Assembly: GCA_964016885.1 (NCBI GenBank)
Contig: OZ024757.1
Span: 29,264,001 to 29,328,000 of the forward strand
Length of the DNA stretch: 64,000 nucleotides
Direction: 5' to 3'
DNA from: Eledone cirrhosa
Taxonomy: Eukaryota
A program made the translations under genes and the position numbers. Below, piece after piece: positions 25,056-40,465 of this stretch; within the stretch, counting starts at the first letter, position 1, and each line of letters opens with the position of its first letter. The notes under the pieces were generated by a model that saw only the letters and a list, made by a program, of their open reading frames with translations, was not told where the DNA came from and searched no databases.

Positions 25056-26498
25056 TATATAAAGAGTGAGTAGAATTTTTATATACATACATACAACGGA
25101 AGGGAAGCCACTTGTTTAATTTTACCTAGAGGCAGTGTCATACATTTCTGACTTGTATTATTTCAAGGCGGAGACGGTGGAGAGGATAGTTGGTGGTGGT
25201 ACCCATGTTGAGGATGATATTAATGCGATTACTGGCCTTTAATATGTGTGTGTGAGTGTATACGTCTTTTTCTCTCTATCTCTTTCAAGTTATTTATTTA
25301 GTTATTTATTTGCTTTTCGTCAAATAAGAGTTCGTGTGTGTGTGCGTGTGTGTGCTTATTTGCGCGCGCGTGTGTGTGCGCGTGTGAGTGTGTGTGTGTG
25401 TGATTGTGTGTATACGTCTGTCTCTCTCTCTCTCTCTGTGCGCATAGTTATTTATTTGCTTTTCATAAAAGGAGAGTTTACGTCCATTTTGAAACTGTTT
25501 CTGGAAGATGGAAATATGTTGAACTTTGCAGTAAATAGTTGGGTTGGCTTTCTATGAGAAAATAGTAACACAGAGAGGAAAACAGTAGAAGAGGGTGTTG
25601 TATGTGGCGAGGAGAGAGAAAGATAGAGAGACAAAAGTAAAGGGAGAGATAGAGAGAGAGGGAGGAGAGATACAGAGGGACAGACTATGAGAGAGAGATG
25701 GGAGAGAAAGAGAGAGAGAAATTGGAGAGGGAGAGAAAGAGATAGATAGATGAAGAGAGAGAGAGAGAGAGATGAAAGATAGAAAAAGACAAAATTAAAG
25801 AAAATGAGAGTAGATGAGCAGTAGAGTGTGTGCATGTGAGAGTGTGTGTGTATGTGAGAATGAGAGAAAGAGAGATATAGAAAGAGAGATAAAGAAAGAG
25901 AGATAAAGAAAGAGATAGAAAAGAAAAATTTAAGAGAAGATAGAGTGAGAGAGAGAGGGCGAGAGAGAAAATTCAAGAGAAGGACAGATAGTGAGAGAGA
26001 GTGTGTGTGTGTGTGTGAGAGAGAAAGAGGTAGAGATGGAAAATTCAAGAGAGAGTGAGAGAGTGAGTGAAAGAGAGGACAAGAGAGAGAGTTGTAGTTA
26101 GAATAAGAAAAGGAACTAGGGAGTTATAAGTATGAAAAAACGTTAAATAATGTAAAGAAAAACTGAGAAAGAAATAACGAAAGATAGAAAGTGCGACAGA
26201 AAGAAAGAACGAGCGAAAGAAAGAAATAGTTAAAGAAAGAAATAGCGAATGAATTAAAGATAGCAAGCAAAAGTGTGGTATGTTGGCAGATGAAGTTTAG
26301 TGCCTGGATATATATATATATATGGTGTCCATTTATGGAAATTTTGGCCTTTCACTGGTCTGTTCCTTGACGGATGTCATTTTACAATTCTAGAATGTTC
26401 CCTTGAAATAATATATTTACACAGAAACATACACACATACATATACACATGTATATACACACACGTACACATATGTTTCCATATGTGTGTAAATTTAC

Positions 26499-26543
<45 letters not shown>

Positions 26544-26598
26544 CACACGCACCTACGTACACATATATCTATCTATATATATATATATACATATACAC

Positions 26599-26644
<46 letters not shown>

Positions 26645-27042
26645 ACACAAATATATACATATATATACATTCACAAATATATACATATATATATACATTC
26701 ACAAATATATACATATATATATACATTCACAAATATATACATATATATACATTCACAAATATAAACATATATATACATTCACAAATATAAACATATATAT
26801 ACATTCACATATATATACATATATATACATTCACAAATATATACATATACATGTGTAATATATATATACACATATACACATAGATATGCACATATAGACA
26901 TATAATACATGTATATATATATATAAATACATGCATACACACGTATACACACATATGTATGTATATATATATATATATATATATATAAATATATTATTCA
27001 GAATATTAATAAATGAAGACATTCACATACTCAAAATATATG

Positions 27043-27104
27043 TTTTATTATATATATTTCGAAGGTACTGCGCTGTTTTTTTAGTACGTCCTCGTCAGAT
27101 AAAA
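27043..27104 (-). ncRNA. Type I hammerhead ribozyme (family E)
   Basis: Minus strand: ttttat-CTGACGA-ggacgtact..agtaccttc-GAAA-tatata-TA-ataaaa. Flank 27110-27133 matches 24008-24031. Confidence 0.8.
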
Positions 27105-27134
27105 TACATGAATTGATGTATGACATACCTTAAC

Positions 27135-27456
27135 GGTCTTGATGGCTCAATGCCAGTATTGGCAATTGAAGTGTCCTGAGTGTGGAAAGATTTGCTTGAG
27201 CAAATCTGGTCTCAGGTGTCACAGTCGCAGCCATGTTCAAAGAGAACCAGTGAACTATGATCTCCACTGCTTTGTGAAGGTTCACAGGCAACCTGATGCA
27301 AGACCCGAGGCCAGGGAGATCCATAGTTGCCGTCAATGTGTGAAGGGGAGCAAGTCTCTAGCAGGCTTGAAAAGCCTTATCCGAGCTTCAAACATCTGAA
27401 TTTGACAAGCGATGGCAATACTCTTAGCAGACTTTGCAGCCATCTTGTATGTATGT
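27135..27456 (+). mobile_element. 3' end of an RTE-like LINE with two C2H2-type finger remnants
   Basis: CPECGKICLSKSGLRCHSRSH and [17 protein letters not shown]; ends in gcagccat followed by (tatg)n, like family B. Confidence 0.7.
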
Positions 27457-27650
27457 AAGCATGGTCCCGTAACTCCTGGAAAAGTTTGGTCTAGCTTGGT
27501 TAACAAGTCTCCTTTGTAAATCGGGCTGGAATCGGTTCAATAGCATTTACATAGATCCTGAACCACGGATTAGTGAAACTGTCGTAACGGTGTATAATCT
27601 AAAAAGACCTTAATGTGGAACCTCGCTTTGTTTTAATATAACACTATGTC

Positions 27651-27800
27651 GCGGCCCTTTACGTTCTGAGTTCAAATCCCGCCGAGGTTAACTTTGCCTT
27701 TCAACCTTACAGGGTCGATAAAATAAAGTACCAGTAATGTACTGGGGTCTATTCAATCTACTTTCCCCTCCTGCTAAAAATGTTTGGCCTTGTGCCTTAA
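27651..27800 (+). mobile_element. Family S SINE, 5'-truncated
   Basis: B box and central domain present. Confidence 0.88.
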
Positions 27801-27980
27801 TCCTCAGATACGTCTTGATTCTTCGAAACTCTGCTTCGAAAAATCGAGACGTATCTGAGGATCTTGCGATTTCAGAGTCAGGTTAGATCATTGCATCGAT
27901 CGTGCCTCGAGCTGGTCGCCAGAGATATAATTGTAATATTTCTAATAAATTTTAATTCGTCGCACCACTGATTCTCCGTT

Positions 27981-27985
<5 letters not shown>
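27801..27985 (+). mobile_element. Family C fold-back remnant
   Basis: Hairpin tcctcagatacgtcttgattcttcgaa / ttcgaaaaatcgagacgtatctgagga, then sequence aligning with 8690-8820. Confidence 0.75.
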
Positions 27986-28018
<33 letters not shown>

Positions 28019-28021
<3 letters not shown>

Positions 28022-28155
28022 TCCAGAATTAGCCGTCGAAACGGCTTGGGCTCTGCCGTCGTGGTCATATTTGTTCCTATTACCCACTCTACTACCCTAA
28101 GTATTGAGTACTTTGGTGCGTTATGGTTCATCTTGTTCCTTACCACATTTCCTTC

Positions 28156-28158
<3 letters not shown>
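28019..28158 (+). mobile_element. Family J (TA)n-embedded repeat (second copy 35787-35850)
   Basis: Shared aagtattgagtactttggtgcgttatggt..cttaccacatttccttc.tta terminus. Confidence 0.8.
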
Positions 28159-28203
<45 letters not shown>

Positions 28204-28367
28204 TATCTCTCTATCTCTCTATATATATACACATACATATATATTCATATCGATCTATCTTTATATATATACATATATATTTATATCTATCTATCTACAT
28301 ATATATATATATATTCATAAATATGTATAAAATATATGTATATATATTCATAAATACATTGTTTTAT

Positions 28368-28416
<49 letters not shown>

Positions 28417-28430
28417 TAAATACATTGTTT

Positions 28431-28477
<47 letters not shown>

Positions 28478-28491
28478 TAAATACATTGTTT

Positions 28492-28569
<78 letters not shown>

Positions 28570-28799
28570 CTGTATGTTTTTCTTTGTGTTTAGTTGAAGA
28601 GAATTTTGCTAATGTAGAGTAAAGGTTAGCGATTGATTTAGCGTGGTTAATGTTGCTGGTTAATGTTAAGTGGTGGCGCTGGCGACGGTATCTGATAAAC
28701 GTGTAATGGTGAACACTAAATTGTACACTATCGGCTTGTGATGGATTTTAAATTGATTCATTAAGAGCAAAGACAAAGTCAAAGAATACAAACGAAAAA

Positions 28800-28814
28800 T
28801 ACACACATACACAT

Positions 28815-28845
<31 letters not shown>

Positions 28846-29367
28846 CATATATATATACATATACATATATATATACATATATATACATAGATATATATAC
28901 GTAGATATATACATATATATATATACATATACATATACATATATAAATATATATATATAAATATATATACATATATACATATATATATATACATATATAC
29001 ATATATACATATATATATATACATAGATATATATATACATAGATATATATACATAGATATATACATATATATATATACATAGATATATACATATATATAT
29101 ATACATAGATATATACATATATATATATACATATATATATATACATAGATATATATATACATAGATATATATACATACATATATATATATATATACATAT
29201 ATACATACATATACATAGATATATATATATATACATACATATACATAGATATATATATATATATACATACATATACATAGATATATATATATATACATAC
29301 ATATACATAGATATATATATATATACATACATATACATACATATATATATATACATACATATATACA

Positions 29368-29398
<31 letters not shown>

Positions 29399-30058
29399 AT
29401 ACATACATATATATATATACATACATATATATATATACATACATATATATATATACATACATATATATATATACATACATATATATATATACATACATAT
29501 ATATATATACATACATATATATATATACATACATATATATATATACATACATATATATATATACATACATATATATATATACATACATATATATATATAC
29601 ATACATATATATATATACATACATATACATACATATATATATATATACATATATATATATACATATATATATACACATATATATACACATATATATACAT
29701 ATATATATACATATATATATACACATATATATACACATATATATACATATATATATACATATATATATACATATATATATACACATATATATACATATAT
29801 ATACATACATATATATACATATATATATACATATATATACATACATATATATACATATATACATATATATACATATATACATATATATACATATATATAC
29901 ATATATATATACATATATATACACATATATATACATATATATACATATATATATACATACATACATATACATATATATACATATATATATACATACATAC
30001 ATATACATATATATACATACATATATATACATATATATATACATATATATATATATAC

Positions 30059-30095
<37 letters not shown>

Positions 30096-30215
30096 CATAT
30101 ATATATACATATACATATATATACATATATATATATATACATATATGTATGAATATATACACACACACACGTGTGTGTGTGTGTGCGTGTGCGTGTGCGT
30201 GTGCGTGTGCGTGTG
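28800..30215. repeat. (TA)n/(TACA)n compound microsatellite
   Basis: Direct inspection. Confidence 0.97.
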
Positions 30216-30267
30216 TCCTACCAATCAACTGAACAATTAAAAATGATATGAGACTGGTTATTCTCAC

Positions 30268-30476
30268 CTCATTAGAGATTTTAGAGGCAATACGATATTG
30301 TTATTGTTGTTGGTGGTGGTGGTGGTGATAGTGGAGCCAGTGGTGTTGGTGTTTGTGGTTACGATGATGATGGTCGTGGAGGAGCAGGTTCTATCTGGTG
30401 ACGGTGGTGTTGATGCGTAATAATTGTGAGAATTATGATAGAAAACAGAAAGCATAAAATAAAATTGCAGCGCTTG
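30268..30476 (-). CDS. Candidate coding exon of unknown product ([27 protein letters not shown]...LPLKSLMR)
   Basis: Acceptor tctgtgtttcttcttcag|, donor GAG|GTGAG, open frame (phase 0 to phase 2), largely unique sequence. No homology recognised. Confidence 0.3.
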
Positions 30477-30787
30477 CTGAAGAAGAAACACAGAACTGTG
30501 CTCAGATGCTCAGATAATACTGATTTCCTATATAGACACAATGCCCACCTTCCAATTTTTGCGGCAGAAAGCTGCGGTTCGGTGACTGAAGACACCATAT
30601 GTCTTGGCAGAAAGTAGCATGAAAAAGAAACAATCGGTCATGCCCAGTATTTCTTAATCTTCCTCCCTGTTTTCTGCGTAATGGGTGGAGGTGCTCGGGT
30701 CTTTCTCTTTTACCCAATCGAAAAGGATGGACGCGGAGAACGTGTTGCAGCACGGGACAGTTATCTATAAATAATTTTGAGCGACTT

Positions 30788-30990
30788 CCGTTCGTCCGTC
30801 TGTCACACAGTGTGTGTGTGTGAATGTATGTGTGTGTAAAAGGAAGGAAGGGGATGATGGAAAAGCTATCCATATATAAATTTGAATGATATTCGTTCGT
30901 CCGTCCGTCACAAAATGTGTGAGTGCGTGTGCGTTTGTGTGAATGTATGCGTGTCTATGGAAGGAAGGAAGGATGGTGAAAAAACTATAG
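30788..30990. repeat. Degenerate ~105-115-bp tandem duplication
   Basis: cgttcgtccgtc.gtcaca..gtgtgaatgtatg..aaggaaggaagg occurs twice. Confidence 0.8.
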
Positions 30991-32016
30991 CAAAACTGTG
31001 ACTGGCTTTTCATTTGCTATGCTGTGTGTGGGTGCATGTGTAAGTCTGTGCTTGTGTAAGTCTGTGCTTGTGTAAATGTATGTGTGATTCTGTGAATGTA
31101 TGTATGTCTGTAAGTTTGTAATTTTGTAAGTGTGTGTGTGTTTACGCGTTTATATTTATATAGTTCAAGGGATTATAAAAGAGGAAACTGAAATCCATCT
31201 TCCTCTTTCTTTCGGTTTTTTCTCAAACTGATCACATCGAGCGCAAGCAGGCTAACCTTTCTCCAACCACATCTCATGGTTCAGGATTGTGCCTCGTTAT
31301 GCCACGAGGATATTTGTTTACCAAGTTTGTAACATGCACTACATAAAATGAAAGTTATTTTTGATACTCGTTTTGAGAAACTTATTACGCTATCAGTCAT
31401 TACTTCTTGTAGTGAGAGAAAATTCTCACAAGGCATGATATTGTATGAAAATTCTCCTATCTCATATTTCTATTAAAATTAGTAGTTGGGATCCGGTGGT
31501 ACTTACTAGAGTAAGTAACCCTGGGACCAGCTCACTAAATACACATACGTGCCAGTGTATTGAAAAATATGCTAGTATATGAAAACAATGGTGAATAGTT
31601 ATAGATGGAACTTCAAGTAACGTCTTGAGTATTTGTTACTTGGAAAATATGTATTAGCTTAGCTGTTTCTGCAGTCGAATCTCCACATATCGTGATTACC
31701 ACTATGACATTTAATAACATAGCCAACTATAAGACAATATATATATATATATATATATAATATATATATATATATACATAATATATATATACACATACAT
31801 GTATGTACATATACATAATAAATAGATATATATATACATGTACATATATATATACATATATATATACATACATATATATGTACATGTGCATATATATACA
31901 TATATATATACATATATATGTACATGTACATATATATATATGCATATATATATATAAATTTATGTGCACATATATTTAAAATTATGCATACCCCACCATC
32001 TCTCTCTCTCTATGTA

Positions 32017-32057
<41 letters not shown>

Positions 32058-32679
32058 TTTGATAGGTTTCAGCCAGTATTGGCCCAGGCCATGTTTAACT
32101 TAATAGCACCACCTCGTGAAGTCTTACAAATCAGGGTTTGGGCACCATGGCCCACTTGAGCAGAGAGTTATTGATGGGGTATGTTTCTGCTTCGATGTGT
32201 TTTGGTGAAATGTTAAAGCGAGCAGGGCCAATTGAGGTGAAATAATTTCGCCGTGTTGTTGTTATGAGATGCGAGTGAGATTTATGTCATGGGCGGATAG
32301 CACGGGGCTCAATCCTTGTGTGTACATATATATATATATATGAAGGCATGTATTTATATATGAAGGTATTCATGCTAATATGTTCATAGGCATGTATGCA
32401 TGCAAGCATGCATACATACATATATATATATATATACCTATACATATGAGTGTATGTGTGTACATCTGTCTGTGGACATTTGTATGCGAGTATGTATTTA
32501 CCAGCTATATTGTTTTCGAATTTGTTTCATACATGGAGAAAATATTGATAAACAAATATATTGATATATATTATGCAACTCATGTCTTGTGGCATCTGTC
32601 AGAAATAATGATTCTTTCACGAATATTTTTCTCCTCTGTAATATATAATCAAAATAATATTTCTTTCTCTGTGTCTCAT

Positions 32680-34395
<1,716 letters not shown>

Positions 34396-35110
34396 CCTGT
34401 ATGTGTTTGTGCGAGCCTGCCTGTATATACAGTTTGTAAAAAAAGGGTTTGTGGAATATACACGTATCATATATGGTTCCATCAGTCTATGCATCTGTAT
34501 TAAGAATCACACGCATACAACAACAGCAACAACAACAGCAGCAAAAGAAAAGCAATAAACGAAATATAATCTGATTGATCTCACATCCTTACCAGACACA
34601 AAGAAACAGTATCGCTGTCTTGCGACGTTTCACGCCAGCGAGTATTCTTGTAGGACTTCAAAAAATAATATAATTCTTCCCTGTTATGACATCTGATAAA
34701 CGTCTCAGTGTCGTAGAATTTGATGTAAGTGACAAGTATTCAGGCTTAACAATATATACATAGAGTAAACTAGGGGAAGTAACTCAAGTTGTTTAATGCC
34801 ATGGATGTCTCTATAATATTTTTATATTCTCTGTTCGATTGTAACAGCTATGTCGTCATGGTGCTGCTTTTATAAGAAGTTGTTTATATTAATTAAATAC
34901 AAGCGCACTAAACAGGAAAAATCTTGTAACCGAGTTTTCTTTTGCACACACACTTATATATATATACTAGAAGAACGGTTACCACAAACATACAAGCATA
35001 TATAAATAGATACACCTACATACATATATATACATTTATATACATGTATACATTTTCATATATACACATCATTATGGACCATCCCCAAAACACATATGTA
35101 TGTACATATA

Positions 35111-35556
35111 TGGTCGGGTCGTCGGCGACTAAACCGGCAACCCCAACAAGCTTGTTTGGTGAGGAGGGTGATATTTGGACACCCTGCGGGATGAAATACA
35201 AAACCTGGCAAAGGGGGGAGGAACTCAGCAGAGTCAACGGCCATCCAAATAGTACTTTTTTTTTTTTTTTTTTACATGGGAGTGAAAGGCCCCCAGTTGT
35301 TGTCACAACACCTTTTTAAGAGAGAGAAACTCTGTATAAAAAACCTGCGGATTTGGAAGCATCCGATGATGTTGACCAGTTCTCATTTTCGGGTAGTGTT
35401 TTCGATGTTCAGAGAGTGGGATTGGTCGAGTGCAAGGCCTTTCCACACTTAAAAAGCCTTCAAAGCACAGGCATTGCTTTTCAGGTTATGTTACAAGTTC
35501 ATGTGGCTGGCCGTAGCCTAAAAGTGGAGCAAACTCTAATCTGACAAGCGATTGCA

Positions 35557-35562
<6 letters not shown>
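35111..35562 (+). mobile_element. Diverged family B (RTE-derived) copy
   Basis: Head tggtcgggtcgtcggcgactaaaccggcaacccc, middle agagagtggga..gcacaggcattgc, end gcagccatc. Confidence 0.78.
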
Positions 35563-35614
<52 letters not shown>

Positions 35615-35644
35615 AGATCAAAAGATGGTTAAATGAGTTCCATG

Positions 35645-35715
35645 TATTTTATTATGCGCATTTCAAAAACAAATATCATCATGCAATAACATTTGTGTTT
35701 TCATCAGATAAAATA
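35645..35715 (-). ncRNA. Type I hammerhead ribozyme (family D, element 35612-35774)
   Basis: Minus strand: tattttat-CTGATGA-aaacacaaatg..atatttgttttt-GAAA-tgcgca-TA-ataaaata. Confidence 0.85.
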
Positions 35716-35848
35716 GGAGGACATGATATGAAGGTTAAAAACACTTGTGGATAGTGCAGTTTTAAATCAACATATATATATATATACCCCAAGTATTGAG
35801 TACTTTGGTGCGTTATGGTCCACCTGGTTCCTTACCACATTTCCTTCG

Positions 35849-35881
<33 letters not shown>

Positions 35882-35884
<3 letters not shown>

Positions 35885-36044
35885 GACATTTTAGCCTGAT
35901 AGGGGTTCAGAACCCGCATAGAAATGGAAAAAGATGAGTATTGACGTCCGTGGTTATCCAGACCACTGTGCTACCATTACACCAACACATATTCTTCCAT
36001 TTCTCAGTTGGTTCTAATCCCCACTATCAAGCGAAAATTTCTTC
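35882..36044. repeat. Degenerate fold-back with ~60-bp arms next to (TA)n
   Basis: gaagacattttagcctgatagggg..agaacc..agaaatggaa versus ttccatttct..ggttcta..cccactatcaagcgaaaatttcttc. Confidence 0.65.
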
Positions 36045-36118
36045 GCTCAAAAACATGACGAAAGCTTCTATTTCTATATTTAAACTCGCTCACTGTTTCA
36101 AAAACATACTTACATGTG

Positions 36119-36151
<33 letters not shown>

Positions 36152-36295
36152 ATATATATACCTGCATCTCTATTTTTTAATCTTAGATATTACACAATAT
36201 TTCTAAGTTCATTCCACAAATTTTCAGTTTTGATAATGTAATATCAAAGTTTTAATTGCAGTTAGTAAACTCAACTTGCACCATATATATATATG

Positions 36296-36329
<34 letters not shown>

Positions 36330-36344
36330 TGTATGTATGTATGT

Positions 36345-36429
<85 letters not shown>

Positions 36430-36533
36430 GATAAATGAAATATGAAAAATATATATATAATATATATATAATATAAAGTATATATATATATAATATAAAA
36501 TATATATATAATATAATATAAAATATATATATA

Positions 36534-36578
<45 letters not shown>

Positions 36579-36768
36579 TACAATGGCCTGAAGGTATAAG
36601 TGTCAGAAGCTGCCACCTCTCAGCTTGAACTCCAATTAATTGATACATCATTAGCGGGTCCAATTAACTGATAGATCTATATATTTTCTTTAAAACATGC
36701 ATGCATATGTGTCTGTGAGGTGTATGAAGTTTGTGTGTAATTGTGAGGTTAGTATACAGCTGGTGTTA

Positions 36769-36813
<45 letters not shown>

Positions 36814-37130
36814 ATACAAGTGAAGCTATTCTTTTCCTTTTTTCAAATAAATGTATATATTGTGTATGTATATATGTATGTATGTATGTATGTAAATATA
36901 TATATATATATATATACATACATATATGCATATATATCTATGTATGTATGAATATATATATACAATAGCATAGGCGTATGGTTTGCAGATTTCAGTAATG
37001 TTAGACACTAGTTATATTTTCACGCAACTTACATTACTTACCGTAGATGCTTATTTATGTGAACTCCATTTTGAATCTTGCTATCCTCTCTTCACATCAA
37101 AAGAAACACACGAATACGTATATGTATATA

Positions 37131-37171
<41 letters not shown>

Positions 37172-37355
37172 TTCAATCGTATATGTAAGTGGGTACATAA
37201 TAAATATTTGTATTTCTATAGACCCACGCATATATATATATATATATATTGATACATATATATATATATATATATTGATACATACATATATATATATATA
37301 TTGATACATACATATATATATATATATTGATACATACATATATATATATATATTG

Positions 37356-37389
<34 letters not shown>

Positions 37390-37415
37390 TGATACATACA
37401 TATATATATATATTG

Positions 37416-37459
<44 letters not shown>

Positions 37460-37575
37460 ATACATATATATATATATAGATACATATATATATATATATA
37501 TATATATTGATACATATATATATATATATATATATTGATACATACATATATATATATATATATATATTGATACAT

Positions 37576-37613
<38 letters not shown>

Positions 37614-37677
37614 GAGAATAAACGAACAAAGCACAGGAGGCAAATGTACACAGTTATATTAGGTTCACGCTTGGTGG

Positions 37678-37718
<41 letters not shown>

Positions 37719-38122
37719 GATAAATATATCGTATTATATTAAATATATCTTTTATAGTAATGTCTCCAATTTCAACATTTACTGGGGTTTCTAGGTCCAC
37801 TTTTTGTAACATAGTTTTGGTTTAATGTTAGATATTCACTTTTTTGTAGTAATACAAAGACAGATGTATTGGTTGATAGTCTTTGTCCACGTGTAGATAT
37901 ATGTGTCTCTATGTTATATAGTCTTTGGGACTTGTGGGTGAGTGTGTGTGTGTATGTGAATACGTGTGTATATGTATGAGTTTGTATTTATGATATATCT
38001 TGATACACAGCGATACAATCAGATGTTTATAATGTGTATATATGTATGCAAGCACACACACACACATATTTATACACATACATACATACATACATTCATA
38101 CATACACACATACATACATACA

Positions 38123-38578
38123 TATGCAGAACTGATGAGAAATCTGCAGATACTCCACCCTAATTACACCTTCAGATTTATGCCTATGATTATTGGGGCA
38201 CTGGGGTATGTTAGTAACTGCCTCAATACAAATCTTGAGAAGCTGGGCTTCACAGGAACAGAAAGAACACAACTAGTTAAGAAATTACAAGTACAATCCA
38301 TTAATGGAACAGTAAAAATATGTAAAACATTCAAAACATTTACATCTAATAACTGCATATACACATGTACAGATGCAAAGCATATACACATGCGCACATA
38401 CAACTCAAAACATCCACACCCACACATACAATAACATCCATATCTACACATGCATGCATACATACATATCTACCTAGTTAATGTTGTGTAAATTCCAATG
38501 AGAGAGTCTTGTGTCTGTTAGAAACCGACTCTCTCTCTATTGGGAAAACTTTGTGAAATTATAAAACCAGAAGAACAT
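38123..38578 (+). mobile_element. 3' end of an R4/Dong-like (restriction-like endonuclease) non-LTR retrotransposon
   Basis: YAELMRNLQILHPNYTFRFMPMIIGALGYVSNCLNTNLEKLGF..LQVQSINGTVKICK matches the recalled RLE C-terminal pattern KYxxL..PxxIGALG..LG..LQ..GTxxI. 3' UTR stem-loop ccaatgagagagtc / gactctctctattgg; (CATA)n on both sides. Confidence 0.8.
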
Positions 38579-38603
38579 ACATACATACATACATACATAC
38601 ATA

Positions 38604-39212
38604 GTGGCTGCCAACTCGTTTTCGAGTACGACCACTACTTTATATCCATGTAGGAGAACCCCTACTGATGCGCTGAACGAGTGTGACTTTTTAGTCCAGC
38701 CAGCGACTTGAAAACTCTGGTACAAACACTACACTTGTGACAATTATTGACACATAGTGCTGGGCCCTTGGTACCATGTGATGACAAGTGCAGAGAGATC
38801 TCCAGATATAAAGCAATGCCTGTGCCGTGAAGCTTTTATAGTGAGCAAAGGCACTGCACAAAGCCAGTCCCACTCTCTTAACCAAGATGATATTTACCAA
38901 AAAGAAGAACAAGTCAACATCATTGGATACCATCAGAGTTGCAGGTGTTATATCAGAGTTTTCCTTCTCCTAGAATTCTACCTTGACAAAGGCTATGGGG
39001 TCATCTCTCCCGGTGATTTTGGATGGCCATTGACTCTTAAGAGCTCCTTTGCCCTTTGACAGGTTTTGTTTTTAGTCCCGCAGGATGTCCAAAGTCACCC
39101 TCCTCACCAAGAAACCTTGGTGGGGTTGCCAGTTTAGTCGCCAACGACCCGACCACGAGACAGGTTGTACTGGGATACATGTTACCAGTAGCACCAACTG
39201 GTGACCTGACAT
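38604..39212 (-). mobile_element. Family B full-length ~610-bp bipartite non-autonomous RTE derivative
   Basis: Near-identical end to end with 53035-53642; 3' part encodes [22 protein letters not shown]; (TATG)n tail. Confidence 0.88.
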
Positions 39213-39364
39213 TTCGTACCTACATACATACATACATACATACATACATACATACATACATACATAGTTGTAATGAACCTTAGCACTGTACACAATAATT
39301 TCATTATTATAAATATATATATTTCTATAGGAAGGGGATATTCCTACACTCCCCTTTCGTACCT

Positions 39365-39402
<38 letters not shown>

Positions 39403-39406
<4 letters not shown>

Positions 39407-39597
39407 TTAATATAGATGAGATTCTACAGGACTAGAACTGTTTCATTCTTTAGAAATCATCAGATTCCTGATGATTTCTAAAGAATGAAACAGTTCTAGT
39501 CCTGTAGAATCTCATCTATATTAAAACTTTTATACTCTGCTATGTATTGAGTACCTTACTTACTGTGGTTACCTCCGATTCAACCCGGAATAACGTA
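39403..39597 (+). mobile_element. Family A fold-back (126-bp palindrome 39403-39528 plus tail)
   Basis: Perfect 61-bp arms, apex ATTC at 39464-39467, (TA)n flanks. Confidence 0.88.
39462..39512 (+). ncRNA. Type I hammerhead ribozyme (family A)
   Basis: agattc-CTGATGA-tttctaaagaat-GAA-acag-ttctagtc-ctgt-A-gaatct. Confidence 0.8.
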
Positions 39598-39714
39598 TAT
39601 ATATGCTAGCTCAAATATATTGATATACAAGTGTATATGTTCGTATTATCATAGTATGGTTATTTCCATGCATATATCTATATAAATGTGTACGAGGGTG
39701 TTTGTCTGACTTAG

Positions 39715-40024
39715 CCGCCGAGGTTAACTTTGCCTTTCATCCTTACGGGGTTGATAAAATAAAGTACCAGTAATGCACTCGGTAATTTGCTGGCCTTGTG
39801 CCTAACGTAGAAACAATTATATTAGTATAGGGGCGGTGGATTGGCAGTAACGGTAGAGGGTCGGACGCCATGCTTTGACGCATAGAGTTACGGCCCTTGC
39901 CATTCTGAGTTCAAATCCCGCCGAGGTTAACTTTGCCTTTCATCCTTACGGGGTCGATAAAATAAAGTACCAGTAATGTACTGGGATAATTGCTGGCCTT
40001 GTCCAAAAAAGTAGAAACAATTAT
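39715..40024 (+). mobile_element. Tandem family S SINEs (truncated 39715-39820; full length 39830-40024)
   Basis: Both have the central domain; attagtata follows both tails (likely TSD of the second copy). Confidence 0.92.
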
Positions 40025-40109
40025 ATTAGTATATTTAGCAGAAACTGTTAGTGTGTGACTTAGCGTTATATTACAAATATCACAAGCAATAGTATAGAAT
40101 TAATAAAGA

Positions 40110-40390
40110 AATCGATAGTTGGTTGAAAAAGTAAGGAAAAGGAAACTTCACTATTTTGGTCATGTCATCAGCATCCAAAACCTGACTACCCGCATCCTCG
40201 AGGGACGAATACAGGGGAAAAGGGCCACGGGACGGCAGAAAAGAAGCTGGACAGATGATATTAAGGAGTTGACAGGAGAGCGTTTAGTGGGATGTACAGC
40301 AACGACAAGAGACAGGTCAGGATGGAGAGCGCTGGTTTATAGGTCCATGACCCCCGACAATTGGATATGGGGATGGGATGAGGCTAGGCT
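40110..40390 (+). mobile_element. 3' fragment of an RTE-clade LINE
   Basis: RKLHYFGHV..ILEGRIQGKRATGRQKRSWTDDIKELTG..DRSGWRALV is the typical RTE/BovB-like C-terminus. Confidence 0.88.
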
Positions 40391-40465
40391 AATACGGAAA
40401 TCAGTAGTGTCTTCAAACTTGCATACGTTCATACATACATACATACACACGTATATATGGATCGT

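Noticed and set aside
27139-27399. Host C2H2 zinc-finger gene
   Set aside because: No TGEKP linkers, the second finger is broken, it ends in a retroposon-type 3' end with (TATG)n, and it shares KSLAGLKS with family B.
30477-30620. Two CTGAAGA..GAAA motifs
   Set aside because: Neither has a pairing helix I or a valid A-U closed helix III with an NUH triplet.
38132-38152. CTGATGA-GAAA-TCTGCAGA-TA hammerhead-like string
   Set aside because: No helix I complementarity, no helix II linker, and it lies within the retrotransposon coding frame (ELMRNLQI).
39830-39925. tRNA gene
   Set aside because: The A and B boxes belong to the SINE head; there is no complete cloverleaf and the sequence continues into the SINE body.
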